A stretch of DNA of 64,000 nt, taken from assembly GCF_009914755.1 (NCBI RefSeq), contig NC_060931.1; one strand, written 5' to 3'. Shown here in pieces: positions 58,331 through 64,000 of the stretch; the stretch's first letter is position 1, and each line of letters begins with the position of its first letter. Source of the stretch: the human T2T-CHM13v2.0 reference genome, Homo sapiens. Below the pieces are notes generated by a model. That model saw nothing but the letters and a program-made list of their open reading frames with translations. It was not told the DNA's origin and made no database searches. The position numbers and the translations under genes are program-made.

Positions 58331-60029
58331 GCTGTGTGGCCACCTCAGCCAAGTGCCCATTGCTGTCATTTAGGTGGCTGCCAGTGTTTAAATAGTACAA
58401 ACAGAGCTGTGAAGAACATCATTATAGCTATATGTTTTGCATACCCCATTGTTACTTTCAAGGATAAATCTCTAGAAATGAGGCCGTGAGGTCAATGCAA
58501 ATGCACATTTTTTTCTGGGTCAAGAGGATTTGTTTGGGGCAGAGCAGACAGACCTGGGTGGAGCCAGTTCAGAGGCACTGAGGGCCAGGCAGACCCTGCT
58601 GTACCATCCCCTCCCCACTGCACCCACTTTTCCTGCCCAGCCACAGGGTTTCATCAATTTGAATTCTCACCTCCAATCTTGAGAGTGATCATTTCCCACA
58701 CCCTCACAAACACTGAGAACTCTCATTTTAAAAATCATTGACTCATTCTTAGGTGGAAAAATGACATTTTTATTTGCAAATTTTACATTGCTAATAATTT
58801 TAATAAATTTAAAATTGCTAATTTTAAATTTGTTAACAGGCCAGCTATATTTCTTCTTTGCTGACTTTCCTGTCCATGTCCTTGGGATAGGGCATGGTTT
58901 TAACATGCAAGAGCTCTTCTTGCTTCCATTCCCTTGCTGGAATGAATGAATGTATGGATGGATTACATTTCCTGCAGTCTCTCCTGCGAGGTCTTCAATA
59001 AAGAAACTGATGATAGCTTTCCCTTCTGCCTTACTGACCAGGCAAGACTTTTGTTAACTGAAGTTCTAATTTGATTTATTCTGGAATGTAATCCTTGCTA
59101 GGATTGGTCTGTGCTAAAGCTCTGGCTAGAAATGGCAGACACAGGAGCTGTCTATGCGATCTTGAGTTCCCAGGAAAAATAACGCTAGCTAGCATTTATT
59201 GAGTACTTGCTATATGCACATTGTTTTTGTCCTCACCACATGGTTTTCCTCATCTTCATTTTAGAAAGGAGTAGAATGAGGCTCAGGGAAGCTAGGCCAC
59301 TTGTACCAGGTCACACAGCTAGTAGGTGGCAGGAGAAGAGTATCTTTTATACCATGCTGTCCATCAAGGTAAATTTTTAAGGGGTTTATGAACCTTATTT
59401 TTTCTCTCTTCTTCATTGACAATTCTTGTTTATTTCATGACCATAAAAAATTAGTTGAAACTTAGGAAATTGTCATGCCAGATTTTATATTGAGGAAGTG
59501 TTGGAATAATGATTTCTAACCTGTCTTCCAGTTGCTTGCTTCTGTGATTCAAATGTTCCTCCTTTAGGAACCAAAAGAAGTCCATGTTGGACTCAGGCTG
59601 TCTCTAGCCAGTCCTCATTGCTGAGAGAATGACTGGGTCTACTTCCCCAGCCAGGCTGGTTTGAACACCCGCTTCTCTACTAAGATCCATGGATTCAAGA
59701 AGACTCCTGGTGGGCTGTCTGGTGTCATGTCAGGCACCATTCTCCAGAGAACAGCAAGCAGGGATGGGGAGAAGAGACAGATTGTTTACGATGAGGGAAA
59801 ATAGAGATCCTCAGCAGGATTGCCTAGGGCAGGAACAAAAGAAAATGAGAACGAATCAGAATACCTTAACCCTTCAACAAAGATGAGAAGTGTGGGAGTG
59901 AAGATTTCACAGCAGGGTAGCATCATAAAAACTCTTTTGTGAAAGTCTAAAGGAAAGATTTAGTAATTCCCAGGTTTAGGACAAGCCCCTGCAGGTTTCT
60001 AGACTGTCTTTGGATCCTTGGGATGTCAA

Positions 60030-60218
60030 AGTGACATGGTGGCACCTCCTGGGGACCTTTGTAAATACATGGGAGCATCTTGATTTCCAGATGACTTAAA
60101 GGGTGCATCTGGTTTTTAGTGAGTGGCAGCCGGGCTTGCTAGCCCTGCTATACTATGTGGGGTAAACAATACTCTTCCTAGCTCCAAATGCCAATGGTGT
60201 CCCATTAAGAACACTGGA
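60030..60218 (+). mobile_element. MER20-like hAT fragment
   Basis: ccaaatgccaatggtgtcccattaagaacactg terminus. Confidence 0.45.
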
Positions 60219-60299
60219 TGATATTTCAGGATTCTTCCATTGCTAAAAATCTAATATTCTATTATTCCATTCTGGCTGTGATAGTCTATTTTCTTTAGA

Positions 60300-62450
60300 A
60301 ACATTGTGAGAAAAAAATGTATTATCTCAATAGATGCAGAAAAATGGTTGGATAAAACTCAATACTCAGTCATAATTAAAAAAATCTTTTAGCAAATTAA
60401 GAATAAGCCCTCAACCTAATAATGGCCATCTATTACTTATAGCAAATATTATAATTAATTATAGAATATTGAAAACATTCACTTAAAGGAAGAAAGACAA
60501 GAATGCCCACTATCAATCATGCCACATGTCAACATTGTGCTTAAGGTTCTAACAAATGCAATTGAACACAAAAATATATAAGAAAGCTAAAGATGCAATT
60601 ATTATTTGTACAATACTTGATTTTCAATTAAAAAATGACTTGTGGAAAAGCTATCAATATTTTTAAAATTTAGTTTTGTGAGTTAGAAGATCAACATATC
60701 TAGACTTATAACACTCCACACATCAGTATTAACCATATTAGAAAGCTTAAATTAAAAGAGATGTGTTAACAATAGCCAAAAAATCCCTAAATGTTACCTG
60801 TGAATAATTAGAATAAAGTAAGTACAAGAGTTTAAGTAATGTAATAAGAATTGAATAACTAGAGGGTTAGACCATATTTGTGGATGGCAAGATCTTATTA
60901 TAAATACATTAATTCTCCCAAAATTAGGTTATAAATTCAATCTCAATATAGTAAAAATTGCCACACAATTTTCATACTTGACAAATTGATTCTAAAATTC
61001 ATATAAATGTACCATCAAAATAATTCTGAAAAAGAAGATAGATTTGCTTTCCTGAATATAAAGGCATATTATTAAGCCATAATAATTAAATCAATGTAGT
61101 ATTGCTGTAGGAATAAACAATTAGATCCATAGAACATAATAGAGGGTCCAAATACAGATCCAAGCATATGTGGGTCTTTGATATTTGATAAAGGAGGCAT
61201 TACAAAATGGTAGGGAAGAAAGTTATCCAGTTCTTCTGTGGCAGCAGAACTCAAATTTCTGGTGTCCAGGCCAAAGAGTCTTGGTTTCTAAGCAGCAACT
61301 TTGGTGTTTCTATGAGAACAATCCTGTCATGTATTGAAGTATTTTTCTAATCAAAACATCCCTGACAATGTTGTTCCAGCCTACTTCTCTGGCCTTCCCA
61401 GAATTTTTATAGGCCGTCTTTATTAGTCTGTTCTCTCACTACTATAAGGAAATACCTGAGACTGTGTAATTTATAAAGGAAAGAGATTTAATTGACTCAC
61501 AGTTCAACCTGGCTACAGAGGCCTCAGGAAACATACTACCAATGTACATACATACAATGTTTTCCTTCACAGTGCGGCAGAAAGGAGAAGAAATGAGAGC
61601 TGAGTGAAGGGGAAAGCCCCTTGTAAAGCCATCAGATCTCATGAGAACTTATTCACTATCACGAGAATAGCATGGAGGAAACTGCCCTCATGATTCAAGT
61701 AGCTTCTACCTTCCTTCCACCAGGTCCCTCCCATGACACATGGGAATTATGGGAACTGTAATTCAAGATGAGATTTGAGTGGGGACACAGCCAAACCAAA
61801 TGGCCATCCAAGATCATTTAATTAAGCCTTTTTTTTTTTTTTTTGGCTTAAACAAGCTGTAGTGGATTCTGTTGTCTGCAATCTAAAGGAATTTAAAATG
61901 AACATATGATTCCATGTCCAGATATTAATGCTAACATGTGTTCAAATTGCCAGTTACAAGAATATCCATAGTAAACTTGATTGCAATGCTGAAAAACGAG
62001 AAACAAACATGTCCAGTAAATAATGAAATGAATTGTGATATAGTCATATAATTGAATATTATTCAGCAAGTAAAATGAATTAACTAGATCTGTGTGTATC
62101 ATCATGAATAGAAGCATAATATTGAGTGAAAAATGTAAGTTGCAGGATGCTGTGCTCAATACTATCCCATTCATGGAAATAACACACAACTTAATACTAT
62201 TATATGTGTATATGTATTGTGTTTTATATAATATAAAAAATAAGATTTTAAAAAAATGCACACTGAATTAATGATAGTAGTAGTACCTTGGAAGAGAGGA
62301 TAGAAAATGGAATTGAAAATGATAAGAGAAGAAGCTTCCATTTTATCTAGAGATTCTATTTATTTTATATTACAAAATAAGGCACAAATTAGTTTGGGGT
62401 GTTGAGTGCATAACATTTATTATTCTTCGTACTTTTCTATATTTTTAAAC
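60300..62450 (+). mobile_element. Old L1M relic with nested LTRs
   Basis: atctcaatagatgcagaaaaa (SIDAEK) at ~60325; degenerate ORF2 and 3'UTR. Confidence 0.7.
61419..61803 (-). mobile_element. THE1D-type LTR nested in an older LTR-like relic (~61225-61890)
   Basis: tattagtctgttctc ... gagatttgagtggggacacagccaaacca. Confidence 0.85.
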
Positions 62451-62584
62451 CAAAGAAGGAGGAGAAGGAGGAGGAAGAAACGAAAGAAAAGAGTGAAGGA
62501 AAGAGGGAAGAAAGAATAATACCTAAAGTTTCTATTGTTTCTTACAGATAAATAAGCTCAAGGTACATTTCTCCTTGAAATCAG

Positions 62585-62585
<1 letters not shown>

Positions 62586-62622
<37 letters not shown>
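62586..62622. repeat. (CA)n microsatellite
   Basis: About 18 perfect units. Confidence 0.97.
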
Positions 62623-62623
<1 letters not shown>

Positions 62624-63358
62624 AAGAGACACTCATAACATGATTTTAAAAGCTAATTAATTATTTAAAAATTATTATCATTAGATAATGAGAACTGTGT
62701 TTCCTTTTTATGCATTACCTGCTAGGAAATGCAGCTAAATTTTAGCCTTGGCAGTGATAATTAACTCATTTCAAGTGCTTGATAATCTCTATTTGTCTGA
62801 TCCTTTTGTATGTGCTTTTTTCCCCTCCATTATCCTATTTCATACACTATCTCATTTCACAGCCATTTCAAATGAACTTGGGAAGTAATCAGGGAACAAA
62901 TCCTTAACTTAAAATAGCTACTTTATTCTCTAATTCTAACATTTCTGAACTTGAATAGTAAAACAGGAGGGTGTCATTGGTATAATCTTAAAAACTGGGT
63001 TCTGGCACGTAGTTTGGTATACCTGCTCTTAAAACATCTTTGCTTTGTACCTTGGAGCTTGCTTGGGCATTAGAAGAGAGTAGGTGCAGGGTGGGGAAAC
63101 AGTGGGAGGCAGGTAGATGCTTGCCCTCCACTATTGGGCACTGTGGATTTTATTTGGGTGGCAGCATGTTTTGTTTGCAATAAGATGCTATTATGCACAA
63201 TAGCTTACCCAACAGAGCTCAGAATTAGGTATCAAGGCTCTTAGCAGAACCTGCTTCTGGGCCTGATTCCACCACTGATTTGTTCTATGACATTGGTCAA
63301 TGAACACAATAACGACCATTAAAAAAATGGGCTTTGAGGTCATATATACTTGGCAGGA

Positions 63359-63979
63359 TGTCTTAGTCCATTTTGTGATGCTATAACAGAATACCACAGA
63401 TGGGGTAATTTACAATGAACAGAAATTTATTGGGTCAGATTTCTAGAGGCTGGGAAGTCCAAGATCAACAGTCTGGAACCTGATGATGGGGAGGAACCCA
63501 TCATTTTACAAGGAACCCACTCCTGTGATAAGGACCACACTCCCACAATAATGGCTTTAATTCATTCATGGGCAGAGCCATCATGGCCTAATTGCCTCTC
63601 ATTAGGCCCCACCTCAAACCCTGTTGTACCAGAATTAAGTTTCAAATGCATATTTTTATTTTTTTTAGGCTGAGTCTCTGTCGCCAGGCTGAAGTGCAGT
63701 GGCACGATCTCAGCTCACTGCAACCTCTGCCTCCTGGGTTCAAGCGATTCCCTGACCCAGCCTCCTGAGTAGCTGAGACCACAGGTACGTCCACCACACC
63801 CAGCTAAGTTTTGTATTTTTAGTAGAGCTGGGTTTCACTATGCTGACCAGGCTGGTCTTGAACTCCTGACCTTGTGATCCACCCTTTTCGGCCTCCCAAA
63901 GTGCTGGGATTACAGGCATGAGCCACCGCACCGGGTCATCGAATGCATACATTTTGGGGAACACATTAAAACCATGACA
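63359..63979 (-). mobile_element. MST/MLT1A-type MaLR LTR interrupted by an Alu
   Basis: tgtcttagtccattttgtgatgctataacagaataccac ... aaaccatgaca. Confidence 0.8.
63653..63936 (-). mobile_element. AluS
   Basis: Alu consensus; aatgcata is repeated on both sides. Confidence 0.9.
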
Positions 63980-64000
63980 GTTAGAATCTGAGTATTGCCA

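Overview
Primate (human or great-ape-like) non-coding DNA dominated by interspersed repeats. I recognise no host protein-coding exon, rRNA, tRNA or CRISPR array. The long ORFs are either decayed LINE-1 ORF1/ORF2 fragments or artefacts of a ~1.55 kb C/T-only tract. The window holds: the 5' part of an L1PA with a complete 5'UTR whose antisense promoter and intact 71-codon ORF0 point into the window; two 5'-inverted (twin-primed) L1s with TSDs; a tail-less, 3'-truncated L1PB; about 15 Alus; MaLR LTRs (MSTB, THE1C, THE1D, MLT1); DNA-transposon MITEs (MER1B, MER2, MER58B, an 80-bp MADE1); and many L2/MIR/L1M relics. The most unusual observations are the giant motif-zoned polypyrimidine/polypurine tract grown from an Alu tail, a 286-bp templated duplication placed 1.9 kb from its source, several deletion-plus-local-templated-insertion repair scars, and a miRNA-sized perfect hairpin in unique sequence. 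I found no convincing new multi-gene system. Repeat family calls come from recalled consensus sequences and need RepeatMasker/Dfam confirmation.
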